A DNA stretch of 64,000 nucleotides from Camelus ferus (Eukaryota): assembly GCF_009834535.1 (NCBI RefSeq), contig NC_045697.1, positions 4,342,001 through 4,406,000 of the forward strand, given 5' to 3'. Shown piece after piece: positions 25,872-38,834 of this stretch. A model generated the notes under the pieces. The model did no database searches. It was not told the DNA's origin and saw nothing but the letters and a program-made list of their open reading frames with translations. Position numbers and translations under genes: made by a program. How positions within the stretch are numbered: position 1 is the stretch's first letter; each line of letters opens with the position of its first letter.

Positions 25872-26424
25872 GTAGCCAAGACATGGAGGCAGCCTAAATA
25901 TCCATTGACAGATGACTGGATAAAGAAGATGTGGTATATTTATACAATGGAATACCGTTTAGCCATAAAAATGACAACATAACACCATTTGCAGCAACAT
26001 GGATGTCCCTGGAGAATGTCATTCTAAGTGAAGTAAGCCAGAAAGAGAAAGAAAAATACCATATGAGATCGCTCATATGTGGAATCTAAAAGAAAAAAAA
26101 AAACATAAATACAAAACAGAAACAGACTCATAGACATAGAATACAAACTTGTGGTTGCCAAGGGGGTAGGTGGTGGGAAGGGACAGACTGGGAATTCGAA
26201 ATTTGTAGATACTGACAGGCATATGTAGAATAGATAAACTAGATTATACTGTATAGCACAGGGAAACATATACAAGATCTTGTGGTAGCTCACAGCGAAA
26301 AAGAATGTGACAATGAATATATGTATGTTCATGTGTAACTGAAAAATTGTGCTCTACACTGGAAATTGACACAACATTGTAAATGGACTATAACTCAATA
26401 AAAAAAGTTAAAAAATAAATAAAA
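25872..26424 (+). mobile_element. Young camelid-type 5'-truncated L1 with a perfect 13-bp TSD
   Basis: ORF2 tail VAKTWRQPKYPLTDDWIKKMWYIYTMEY...FAATWMSLENVILSEVSQKEKEKYHMRSLICGI*, then 3'UTR, AATAAA and A-rich tail. TAAAATTAGCTTA at 25859-25871 and 26425-26437. Confidence 0.95.
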
Positions 26425-27504
26425 TAAAATTAGCTTAAAATAGCAGGTGAGCCAGACCGGGTCCTGCTAGTCCCTTTTCCGTCTGTGGAATCACTGGCCA
26501 GCTTGAGGCTTTCTGAGCACAGCTGAGGACTTCAGCGCATCCCAAGGCCCCTGTCAGCAGGCAGGAGAGAAAGTGCTGGCAATGTGGCAAAGAGGGTAAA
26601 CAGGGAGGTTTTTGGAACTGGTGGTGGTGTCCGAGCGAGCCCACAACCAAGGCTGAGTTTTCCTTAGTTTCGAAGAGTTTGCTTTGAAATCCTGAACAAA
26701 ACGAGCTCTATGACTTAATGTCAGAGATGTGTCCTTTTATCCAAAAAATCCCACCTGTAGGTACTCACTAAAATAACCTGGAGGTGCTTGTATACCTATG
26801 GACTCTTCCTGGAAGGTGCACTAGAAACTGGTCACAGTGGACGCCTTAGGGATGTGGGGCGGGGGAGGGGGAGCGAGGGACTATGGCTCTGGCCTCTGAG
26901 CAGGACCCACCTCTCACTGTAAACCTCTGTGCACTGTTTACTTTTTATTTATTTTTTTGTTACCATGCAAATAAATTATTTTTTAAAGAAAAAACTTATT
27001 TTAAAAACATAGCTGTGTGCATTGCTTATATGTTTTTGTTGAGATGTAAAAACGCCTTAAGCTCTGACAAGAGATGGTTCCTGCCACGAAGTACAAGTGT
27101 CCCCCCGCACCTCCGGCCCCGAGAGCCAGCCAGGAGCTGACCATGCTCAGGACACCCTGCTGCTCATCCTGTTTCTCAAGAATCCTCTCCTTCATCACAG
27201 GGGCACTCCTTTAGTCCAGAGACGTGCCCCCGATCTGGAAGAGTGGTTGTGGGGTTTCTTCCACCCTCTCTGTGAGACTTCCCTCTGCCTCTCACTGAAG
27301 GAGCAGAACAACCTGCTAAGAGGCTGGGGAGGGAGGGGCCTCCCGGGGCTCCAGCGAGGGGAGAACAGGAGAGCGAGCAGAGAATGGGAACTTCATGGGG
27401 GAAAAAGAGATCACTGTGGAGAATGGACCCCAAGGCCCACTGAAATATCAAAGTGAACATGCAAACTGCACTACACCAACTAAAAATTTCACACCCTCCC
27501 TTTT

Positions 27505-27920
27505 GCTTATAGAAATCAAACAACAGAAGTTTATTCTCTCATAGTTCCACATGCCAGCATCTGAAATCAGCCTCATTAGACCAAGATTACAGTGTGGGCA
27601 GGGCTTCGTTCCCTCTAGAGGATCTGGGGAGAACCGTTTCTGCCTCTTCCAGCCCCTTCTGGTGGCTGACAGCTTCCTTGGCTTGTGGCCGCATCCCTCC
27701 AGTCTCTCCCTGTGGCCACGTGACCTCTTCCTCTTCTGTGTCAAATCTCCCTCTGCCTCCCTCTTGCAAGGACACTTGTGTCTCTCAAGACCCCTAACTT
27801 AATCACGACCTCAAAGATCTCCTTTTTTTTGTTTTTTCTGTCATGTAAGTTAACATTCACAGGCCCAGGGATTAGGACCCAGATACGCTTTGGGACAGGC
27901 CATTTCTCAGCCTCTCACAC
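27505..27920 (-). mobile_element. MaLR LTR (MLT1C/D-like)
   Basis: AACAACAGAAGTTTATTCTCTCATAGTTC...TTCCTTGGCTTGTGGCCGCATC...GGGATTAGGAC. Confidence 0.8.
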
Positions 27921-28854
27921 CAAATGAGGGTGATTGTTTTAAAAACCGTATTCCACCCCTCTCCTTCCACACTTACATCAGTTGCTGAGATGTCAAGGCC
28001 TCGCTCTCCAATTCAGTTTCTGGTGTACCTGTTCCTGATGGAGAAACAAACAGCATCACCTTACAAAGCATCTGTCTCTGAAAAGGACTCAGGCTCACTG
28101 GGGAAGCGTTGCTTACAGGGTCAGATGTGCTTTCTGAGGCTGAAAACATTGATCCTAAGGCTTCCTGCTGGAGGGTCAGTGCTTGAAAATCCCCACAAGC
28201 CAAGAGGAAACACCAGGTACCTGTGACTTCAATTTGCAACACCTGACCAGATCCAGAGTGAGGATCAGAGAGAAACAAGGAAACTATAAACAAGTCACGT
28301 TTCATTAGCACGTTGGAACCTTGGTGGTATTTTCTTCAAATTGGTTATTATAATTATACTTTTACACAGTAAACTTTTTTTTAAAACTGCTGTTTTAAAT
28401 AAGGTAGAAACACAGCTTATTTAAAAACCAAGTTCTCTTGGAGCGGCCTTTCTTGGTCACACACTGGCTTGGCACGTGATGACAACCTACAAATAATCAC
28501 AAAAAATAAGGCGTCTGCAGATCTCCGGCTTGGCTGAAGGGCTAAGCAAGATGAGGTGTCCTCTGCTGAGTCTGACAAATGGCATTTTTAGGGAGAAAAA
28601 CATGAACAGGGAATGACAGCTGCTCATGGGGGACTCTTGACCTGAGGTTTCAGGCCACAGTCTGTTCTTAGCTTGACAAGAGGACCAGCAGCCTCACAGC
28701 CCCTCACAGAGTGGAGCCGCCCAATTCCCTACTCTGCTCAGTGGGGTGAGAGCATCCGCGGGTACTAATATGCTAGCCCAGCGGTTCCACTGCTTATTTT
28801 ATCTGCAGGTGCTTGATTGAAAGCAAATGTTAAGTGGAAACCCAGTAAGTGCAA

Positions 28855-29072
28855 CGGGCTGGAGAGGAGCTGCCTGTGGACCAACTTGGCTTGCTGTTTG
28901 TTTTTGTAAATAAAGTTTTATTGGCATATAGCCTTGCCCACTCATCTACATATTGTCTATGGCTGCTTTCTCACTGTAACCATAGAGTTGAGTGGTTGCA
29001 GCAGAGACCACAGGGTCCACAAAGATTAAAGTATTTACTATCTAGACCTGTACAGAGGTTTGCTGATCCCCA
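28855..29072. mobile_element. MER58A-like hAT-Charlie element
   Basis: TGTAAATAAAGTTTTATTGGCATATAGCC...ATATTGTCTATGGCTGCTTT...TTTGCTGATCCCC. Confidence 0.85.
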
Positions 29073-29694
29073 CTCTGGATGGAGCTGTGGTGGGGGCCTC
29101 ATGCCCCAGAGCAAAGGGAGGGGGTACAAAGTATGAACACTGAACTTGCTGTCACCAGGCTCTGAGCACAAAACTCATTCTGGTTTAACTCACTTGATCT
29201 GCACCAAACCTCATGGAGAAGGTCCTGTTACAGCCCCACTTTTCATAGGAGGAAACTGAGGTACAGAATGTTTTAGTGATTTGTGTAAGACCACAAAGCC
29301 AGGATTTGAAGTCAGGCATTTGGACGGCTGAGCCCCTCCCTACCTTGACCACCACAGAGGCAGTGCTCAGCCTGGCCCACATAGGAGTGGGGTGGGGGGC
29401 AGAACTGATGGGCTCTGCTGGGATGACTGGGGATGTTGGGCAGCCGCGAGCCTGGAGAACATGGGAAGAACCCTCAGGATGATGGTGGATGGACCCTGTA
29501 CCACTGGTGAGGACGCCGATGCTGCCCTGAGGGTGTGTGCCCCTCGGAGGGGAATGTGCCACAGGCGGCGTGGCAGCCCTGAGTCTGAATGTAAAATGGG
29601 CCCCTGGGGTCACTGCGGTTGATAAGACGATGAATAACTGGAAGTGCCTTCTATGGTGAAGGCAGGGTCAGCAGACGATAAACGGAGTTCCCTC

Positions 29695-30100
29695 CCGTCT
29701 CTGCCTTAGGTCTGCCCCCCTCAACTCCCACCACCAAGAGGCACCTCTGAGACAAGGATTTTGGTGCAAGCGGTTTTGGGGGGACAGTGATCCCAGGAAA
29801 CTGATAGGGGAGTGGGGAAGTGGGTCAGGGAAGGAGAGAAAACCAGGAGGGGGGCCTTGCCGAGCAGGGAACACTACAATCAATGGGTGCAGTCCCACGA
29901 GGAGCCTCTAGGGGGCGTGTGGGACACACCTCAATGCCCTGCGTGGAGGGTCAGGGGAGCCGTGGGTATTTCTCCGCCATTCTTGCCATTCCTGTGTGCG
30001 CTGGTTTAGCGATGCTCAGTGCATCAACTGCTGGCACATCCGGTGTGACTCAGGCCAGGCGATGCCGGGGCCTGCGGTAGGACGCCGTTAGCACATGGGG
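29695..30100 (-). mobile_element. Old ERVL LTR (LTR16/LTR33-like)
   Basis: CTGAGACAAGGATTTTGGTGCAAGCGGTTTTGGGGGACAGTGATCCCAGGAAAC motif. Confidence 0.55.
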
Positions 30101-30139
30101 GTGGTAGATGCTTCAGGGACACAGCTCCCCGTGTAATCA

Positions 30140-30276
30140 GAGTGTGGTCCCTGCACCCGCGTTATCGACAGCACCGGGGCATCTTGGAAAGGCAGACATC
30201 AGACCTGCGGGGTCAGAACCTGCGCTTTATCAAGACCCCCGGTGATCCAGGGCACGTTTGAGTTTGAGAAGCAGTG
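30140..30276. mobile_element. MER5A-like element
   Basis: GTGTGGTCCCTG...CAGACCTGCGGGGTCAGAACCTGCGCTTTATCAAGACCCCCGGTGATCC...AGTTTGAGAAGCAGTG. Confidence 0.7.
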
Positions 30277-30491
30277 AGTTCCGTAACTGGGGGTTCCTTT
30301 CCTCTTTCTAAGAACTAAAATGTAAGCGCTGACCCAGCACTACCTGACGGTTCTCTGACCTCCCGAGTAGGAGGGAGAGCCTTACCTCAACTTTAACCAG
30401 ACACACGATGTGTTTTAACCTGGACAAAAGAGCCACAGAGGAAGACCACGATGCCAGCTGCTTTGTGCAGGGTGTGGCTCTCCCCCTCCCC

Positions 30492-31072
30492 CAGCTTTAC
30501 TGAGGGGTAATTGACTAATTTTAAAAGCATATATTTAAAGTGTTCAAGGCTGATGATTGGATATGCACATACCTTATGAAACGGTCACCACATTCAAGTC
30601 AATTAACACGCCCACCACTTCACACAGTTACCTTTTGTGTGTGTGTAGTGAGAGTGCTTATGATCTACTCTCAGTGAATTCAGTGCACAATGGGGAAAGG
30701 ATAGTCTCTTCAATAAATGATGTTGGGAAAATTGGATAACCACATGCAAAAGAATGAAACTGGACCCTTATCTCACACCATCACAAAAATGAACTTGAAA
30801 TGAATTAGACTTCCATATAAGATCTGAAACCGAAAAAGCTTCTAGAAGAAAACTTAAGGAAGAAGCTCCTAGAAACCGGTCTCTGCAATGATTTTTTTGG
30901 ATATGACACCAGAAGCATGGCAACAAAAGCAAAAATAAACCAGTGGGACTACATCAAAGTAAAAAGCTCTGTGCAGCAAGCCATCAACAAAATGAAAAGG
31001 CAACCTACGAAATGGGAGAAGATACCTGCAAACTGTGCATCTGACAGGGGGTTAATATCCAAAATATGTAAG
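30492..31072. mobile_element. L1 (L1MA-like): minus-strand 3'UTR end joined head-to-head to a plus-strand ORF2 segment
   Basis: 30492-30680 is the reverse of an L1 3' terminus. 30685-31072 encodes [26 protein letters not shown]...KAKINQWDYIK...KRQPTKWEKI. Confidence 0.85.
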
Positions 31073-33487
31073 GATGTGAGTGGTGGAGGAGGCGGCTGGG
31101 ACTAACACAGAGGGCTTTCCAAACACGCCTTCTGCTGTAAGACATCGCATAGCCCCAGGCCTGGGAGGGAGAAAGCTGCAGCCCACCTGGCCGGCCCCAC
31201 TCACCACACAGTGCCTGCACATTGTGCGCTGCCTGCCTCCGAAAGAAGCCTCGGTAAGCCTTGGAGCTCTGGGAGGCTGTTTGTCCTCATCTGCCTCGTA
31301 AACATACCTCTGGAAGGAGCACAGAGATTCTGAGACTCTCCTAATCAGGGGGCTGGGCGTGTCCTCTTGTCCCACTTGCTTCGGTCTCTCTAGCATGGTC
31401 ACAAGAAGCTATTACCCAGTGTCTACTTGCATACCTCCAGGGACGGGGACCTCACTGCCTAACAGCAAGTTCATTTCTTGTTTGAATGATGCAGACCACA
31501 GAAGGCTTTCCTTCCCATCAATGGGATTCTGCCTCCCTGTGGCTTTTGCCATTCTGCCAGGTGTGGCCAGATGACTGTAGAGGTGGTAGCGCTATGACCC
31601 TCCCCCCTTGAGGGACATTACACTTCTATTCAATCACTGTGCAAACCAACATCAGCAGGGTCTTAACTCTGCAGGGTCGTGGGCGGGACACTGGTGGTAG
31701 AGAGATGAATCAGACTCAGCCCCAAGCTACCCCATCTACAACTGTTCTTTGTCCATTAGTGACACCTGTCTCACCTTTCCTGTCCCACCAAATCTGACTT
31801 ACCCTTCAAGATCAATCCAGAATATTTATCTCCTTGAGAATTTTTCTCTGATGCCCCAGGCTGGCTAGGGTGCTCCCACACTGGGTTAGGTGCCACCTGG
31901 AGTCTTCCAGCCCCTGGCACAGACCTCTGTCCCCAGCACCCCTCTCCCTAGATTGTATGTGTTCACTTTAGGGTCTTGACCCCCTAGACTGTGAACTCCC
32001 TGAAGGCAGGGACTTGGACTCAACTCCAGCCACAGAGGCTGGCACTGGCTGGTGTAATCCAGGTACAATTATTATGTACATGTATGTGTGTGTGCGGCCA
32101 CAGTTCACTCTAAGAATACTTGTCAGTTAATTAATATTCACAGTCATTATTTACTTTATGCCCCTGGTAATTTGAAATAATCATATTATTAAGTAAAAAA
32201 AATTTTAAAAGCATTGGATGGTCCTAATAAAGTATGGAGCTGACAGTCCCTTACATAGTCTCTCTCCTCTGGCTTTGGGACCCTCTTTCTACCTGGCATG
32301 TGGTACATGACCTCTGTCCCATTCCTGAAGGGACTTGAGTCCACCAAGGGGACAGCTGATAACGCTATAAGGTAAGGCTTTTAAAACTAAGATTTGGATG
32401 AGCTCCAGGCATGGCAGCTGGGTAGGGAGAGAGCGAAGTATTCCTGAAATCGTGAAAATAGCTCAGAGACTCCCTGAATCCTTGGATCAGAGGTTCTGCC
32501 TCTCGCTGTCTCATACAAGCTGCATGTAATCACCATGCTTATTTCAAAGCCAATGGTAATTTTTGTCTTAGCCACTCAGACTGGAATGTTAGCGGCTTAC
32601 GCCATTGTAACAAGTGGGGACTAACCCTAACCATCCTCACCCAACTTAACCATGGTAGTTCTGATGTGTTTTATAGCTCAGCAGGTGCGAGGTAGGGGCA
32701 TTTCTTCCCCACTCAGGATGTTTCCTTCTGTAAGGAGGGAGCTTAGTCCACTGGCCTCCCTTCCATGTGGGATGAGAGGATCATCTGAGAGGTAATTGCG
32801 AGCCAGAAATAGGAGGCTAGGTGAGGTCTCACCTCTCTCCTCCCCACAAGACCTGCCGCCGGCAGACTCCAGTCTGCTCTTGGCCACAGACGGGGGCCTG
32901 CCTAGACCAGGACAGCCGGGAGCTGTCCAGTTGTCTGACTGGCTCCTGGATCTATTGCCCAAGGGGTTGCAAAACTGAGTGGAAAAGGAAGGAATATTAG
33001 GATTTATCTGTAATAGTTCATTTGAACCAAGGGTTTTCTATAGCAAAAATTTAAGTGCAAAGGTTTAAGGAAATTCATCTAGGAGTCTTGGCATTTGACC
33101 CAAAGAAATGACACTCTGGGAGGCAGCAGGCTGTTCTGGAAAAAGTATGGGCTTTGGTGTCAGACATCCTTAGGAGAGTGGGAGGGCTTCCTGTAGGAGG
33201 TGATGCTGACGGGGCATGGCTTGATCACTGTGACTAGAATGTAGTGGGGTGGTGGCAGAAATTGACACTGGACATAAATGGCATGTTAAAAAGCATGACT
33301 GCATCCCCCAAGTTAGTGTTTCTTCTCTTGTGACCCCAGAACATACTTCCGTAGGAGGTTAACAGGAGCTTTGTGAAAAAGGGGTTCCATGGTGGAATTA
33401 TTTTGAGAGGCCTTCACACGAGAGCTGACACTCAGAGACTCTCATGCCCCAGAGTGCTTTGCTCTCTCTCCCTCCAGATCTCATTCC

Positions 33488-33621
33488 AGGAACTATATTC
33501 AATGTCCTGCAAAGCCCTATAATGAAAAAGAATATAAAAAGGAATATTTATACATATACAACTTAGTCACTATGCTGCACACCAGAAATTAAGACATTGG
33601 AAACTTTACTTCAGTAAAAAA

Positions 33622-33668
<47 letters not shown>

Positions 33669-33670
33669 AA
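33488..33670 (+). mobile_element. Short L1 3' tail ending in a (TAAA)n microsatellite
   Basis: GGAACTATATTCAAT...TCACTATGCTGCACACCAGAAATT followed by (TAAA)n at ~33622-33668. Confidence 0.85.
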
Positions 33671-36534
33671 GGAAAGCAGCATGAAGTTTCAGGAACTAGC
33701 TTCCTGGGGGGTGAGGCCAGGCCTCAGCACTGGGGGCAGAGCCTTAACAGGTGAGCTTGACTGGCGCTCAGCCTGGGTTCCCATCTCAGCTCTGCCACTT
33801 ACCTGTTGTGTAGCACGTAATTATAAATAATTGCAATAATTTATTATAGGGTATAAGGGTTACAGAATGACAGCTTGGACACCCCTGCATTCAGGTGTCT
33901 GCATTCTGTTTAAACTGTTTCAGCTTTCCAGTTTTCTAAACTCGCTCCCAGATATGCCCATTTCATCTTTCCCAGGGCTGGGAGATACAAAGTTGGTCAG
34001 TGGCCCAGCAGGTTGGCTGGGTGGGGATCTGGCACTGCCAGAGCCAGGCCACATGCACTGGGGACCAAAAGACAGAAGAGGTAAGGGCAGTGTATGGGGA
34101 CTTAAGGAACAGGTGACAGGAAGGTAGAGCTTGGGCCAGACAAAGGCAAAGAGCCAGGCTAGTAGCCACATGTGTTAGTGAGAGAATGCTCCAGAGCACC
34201 TAGCAAGGTACCAGGCATGCAGTAGGTGCACAATAAACGACAAGCTCCCTTGCTCACTCCTACGGTGGTCCTTGGAGTCTGGAAGTGAGGGACAAGCCTT
34301 TCAGGACCCTGGAGAGCTCTCGGGTGCCGAGGTCAGCTCCGACGTGTAATAAAAGCTGAAACCATGTCTACAGTCCAGCTTACCAAGAGCTTTCCAACAC
34401 ACATGTCTCTGAACTTGACTCACATTCCCCAGTAAAAGCAAATATTTTAATCATCCCACACCACAGGAAGACACGCAGAAAGATGATGTGACTTGACCAC
34501 TGAGTGGCGGTGCCAAGCCAAGAGCTGGAGGACACTGCAGTTTCTGTAAGAGCCATGCCGTCTGGGGGAGACCCCACAGCTGCCTGGAGTCACGTGGGAT
34601 GTGGACCAGGCCACCTCTGCCCTGCTTCACAGCAGCCACCTTCTGTCTTACCGCTCAGCTTCTCTGCTGTAGCACAGGGCTGGAGTTGTTTGTTTTTAAT
34701 TGGAGGAAACACTTCAATATATTTGCTGTACTTCTCTATATTCTAGTTTTATAAGTCAAACTCAAAATAAATGTGTTTATCATTTTACTGCCATCCTTGG
34801 CTCTTTGTTTCAGCTTCTTTATTAAAAGAAAATCCTTCCTGAGCATTTTCTTCGTTTGCCCAGAAACCATAGTGACTGAGACAAAGGCACTTAGGAAGGC
34901 TGCAGGGATATTTTCCTCTGAAGCTTTTTGTTCTTGCTGAATTTCTCACAGAGGATTTATACCAAATTGACATTGCCCTAAATAGAGCCATGTACACAGT
35001 GAGCTGATCACTAGCACAGGGTGTTACTACGTGGAGAACATTTTCCCCACACTTGAGCACATTAGTTTAAAAGGCAAGCAGAAGTAGAACATGACTGAGC
35101 AAGGAAAGACTGATCACAGAAAAGCACAGTCAGCAGCGGAGCAGAAAATCAACTTGTTGGCAAAATTCAAGGGGAAAAATCCATTTCAATAGGATTCTTG
35201 ACCAGAACAGACCTTTCATGTTCCGATTGCAACAGACAGTGAATTTTGAATATCTGGTTTTACACGCTGAATTTCCTTTTACAAAGAAAATGTCCAGTGG
35301 GGTCAGTGGGGTGTAGCAGGTATGAGGGGCTTGAGTGACAGATACGGACTGACTCCCTGGCTCTGGTACACTGTGAGTCTGAGCCCCAACCCTCAACTCT
35401 GCAGCTACTAACTGTGACACAACAAAAGGCAGCACTGGGGTGGGTGAGCTGATGTTTGTAAGGAAGGGTCCAGCACGGTCCCAGCACAGAGCAGGGCTCA
35501 ATGCACTTACCTTCCTTCCCTTTATCAGGAAGGGAAAAAACTGAAGAACATACCAACGAACAAGATTCTACAAGGCAACTGAGAAGATCTCAAGGAGAAA
35601 AATATTTTAGTTTATGCAACTAATCACATCAATCATTTGGGAACCAGACCAAAGCTCAGATGATGATTATAATCACAGGAAAAGAATCCTGTCCCCAGTG
35701 GTTTTACAATCAAATCCCCCAGCAAAGCCCAGGTCCTGGCTATTTACACATGGGCAGGAGCTTTGCTGAGGGGCAGGCAGCACCCCCACCCCATCTGAAC
35801 GCTGAGGATGTTTATTACAAGATGTTACATGCATCACATGTTCTAGACACCACGAGAAAAGTTAAATGGTTCAAGTCTGGCTTCCCACCTTTAGATATCA
35901 TGGTCCTGACTTAAATGAAAATTCTGGTTCATTTATTTCTGAAATACACTAACACTGTAAAAGGAGTACTTCTCTGTTTTTTTAAATAGGACTATTAGAT
36001 CTCATGGCACTCCTTTGTCTAGTTTCTCATCTCAGCTTTAACCAGGTTTGCAGACTAGAAGCCAAAGGGAAAGTTCATGACTCTGAGCACCGTGAAGGGT
36101 GGTATTTAAAGCATGAATTCAGGAGTAAGACTGTCCAGACTCGAGCCCCAGTGACTCAATGTACAGACCCTAAAACCTCGATTACATGACCTAACCTCCC
36201 TGTGCTGTGCTTCAGTGTCCTCCTCCGTACAAAGGAGATACCAGCTCCTACCCTACCAGCCACGAGGATTAAAGAGCTGGGACAGGTGCCCAGCTGTTAG
36301 GGGAGCTGCTGTTGCTACTGAGGTCAGCCCTCTTGTATTGTAATCCTGCTCCACTGCCTTCCACACCTGCTACCTCGGGAAGTCGTAAGACCTTTCTGAG
36401 TCCACCTCCACCTGTCAAGTGGGGCTGACTTGCTAAGAAGGTCGTTGGGGAAAACTATACAAAGGGAAATGCTGCTATGCATCTTGGCTCTAAGAGATAA
36501 AAAGGCCCTGAGTTAAGCTCATCACACATTTCCC

Positions 36535-37033
36535 TGTGGCACAGAAGACACTGCCAGTCCTCTCCCCAGTATCCATTTTGCCCTTCTTCATTAAGAATTG
36601 ATCCTGACTTTCTGCTGGGCAAGGCTACCTGGAATAAGTATGTTTCTCAGCCTCCCTTGTAGCCAGGTGGGACCATATGACTAAGTTCTGGCCATTAAAA
36701 GTAAACTATAATATGCAACTTCCAGAACATATTCATTAAAGGGAGGAGTCTTTTTTTAAACCTCTTCCTTCTTCAGGCTGGTTGGAATGCAGGCATGAGG
36801 ACTGGTGCTCAAGCAGCCACCTTGGACCATGAGGCAGCATGCTAAAATTAGCAGAGCAATGAGATGGAAGGAGTCTGGGTCCCTACTGATTGTGATATCT
36901 CCACACCAGCCCTGAACCACCTACCTTCAGGCATCATTCACATGAGAATGAAACAAACCTCTATCTTGTCTTAATCACTATTATTTGGGGAGGTTTTTGT
37001 CATGTGCAGCTGAGCCTGATCCTAACTGATACA
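36535..37033 (+). mobile_element. Old MaLR LTR (MLT1J/K-like)
   Basis: TGTGGCACAG...TCTCAGCCTCCCTTG...CCATATGACTAAGTTCTGGCCA...CCTAACTGATACA. Confidence 0.75.
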
Positions 37034-38789
37034 GAGGGTTACTGCTTCTTTTTGGTATTTCTTATCAGTCTTGCTCATCTCTCAAGGAACTTTTACAACA
37101 ATAAGGTAAAAAGGAAAGAACTTTTCTTGTGTACCTGTTAGGGACCAGATCTTTTGGTAAGAGTTATTTAGTCTTCAGAAATTCCTTTAAAGTGAGGCAA
37201 TGTTATCCCCATTTTATCAAGAAGGAACTGAGGCTCAAAGGGTTAACATGCCTTGCACAAAGTGTCACAGCTAGAAGGTGGCAAAGCTGGGGTTCCAATA
37301 CCCATCTGTACTCTTTCAAAGCCCACCTTCTTCCCACTGAGATGCCACTGTGCCCTCCACTCCTCACCAGCTGCTTTTCCCACACAGACAATAGACTGGG
37401 GTCGTCCATCCTCCCCCAGGTGAGAACTGCTCACCTCATCGGAGAACCTCCACCAGGAACCCCACGTTTCCTGGAATGGTTAGGTCCAGGAGCCAGACTC
37501 TTTGAGATCAAATCCTGCTTTGCCGTTTACCAAGTGACCCTTGACTTACCCTTGACAGGCAAGTTCCTTGACTTCTCTGCACCTCCATTTTATTCCCATT
37601 GAAAAACGGGGATAAAAATACCAACTTCGCTGGGCTGAGAGGGTCTGAAGAGACAAGGCACAGGAGTGCCAGCCCAGAGCTTGGAGCACAGAACATGCTA
37701 AACACACAGCTCTAATCACATATGTTATGATGCCAGTGCAGCGCATGAGGCCCTCAGTGCCTGGCCTGGAACACACTTGCCTTTGGCTCCTCCAAGTCCT
37801 GCTCCTTCGGGTCCCCCAGGTCAGCCAACACAATGTGCTGCATGGGTGAGACACCAGGTCCCAGCAGCAGGTCTGGATTATGGAGCTCCCAGGTAGTAAG
37901 CCGCCTGTCACATTCAGAGGTGGGAGAAGGGGTTCTTCTGGCATAAAAACAGGAAGAAATGGCCACATAAGGTCAGAGATATTGAAATCACCACTATTCC
38001 TAGAGTCCGTCCAGCACAGGCACTCTGCGATGTGACGTTTGTATTTTCAAATGCCTACAAGTGACAGCTGGGACCTGAGTAGGTGGTCATTTCTCTGGGG
38101 CATGAATGGTAACTACACCGTGGGGGGGGGGGTGATGCACAAAACAAGTTGCTCCCCAGTGAGGAGGACAACTGAGAGCCGAGGGCCGTCCCTCAAGCCC
38201 TGCTCTGTTGGACCTGGCTCACAGACACTTGCCCAGAGAACGTCATGGTTAGAAGCGTGGGCTCTGGACCCAGACCATCATGGTTCCAGTTCCCATGAGT
38301 TAGCTTCATGTCATCAACAACACACTTGACCTGCAGGTACCACGGCTTCCTCTCCACACGTTAGGGCAAACTTCAAACTGACTTCACAGAGTTGTTGAAA
38401 GTCCTATTCACGCTACAGGTATTTACAAGATGCCTACTAATGCTTGGCACAACAGGCAACAGTATGCAGAAGATATCCATTCCCCCTGGAATTTACACTC
38501 TGAGGCTGGGGGATTAGACTAAAACTTGTAGAGCCCTCAGAGCAGCAAATAGCCCTTGGTAGGTGCTTGGTAATGTCACCGTTAATTTAGTGGCATTTTA
38601 AATTAGTGCATTTACAGAAATCTACCCTTTGAGAATGCTGAGAACGTTGACTGTGGTCAAATCATCCCCCATGAAGGAGGCAGGATGGTAATTATGATCC
38701 CATTTCACAGATGGTAGGGAGGTGGGAATGGGACACTGCATAGCCCAGATCTATTGGATGCATGCACAATCATACCTTCTCCTACCTAC

Positions 38790-38791
<2 letters not shown>

Positions 38792-38830
<39 letters not shown>
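38792..38830. repeat. (CA)n microsatellite
   Basis: Uninterrupted AC dinucleotide run of about 19 units. Confidence 0.95.

Positions 38831-38834
<4 letters not shown>

Noticed and set aside
32621..32632. CTAACCCTAACC telomere-like hexamers
   Set aside because: Only two units, expected by chance.
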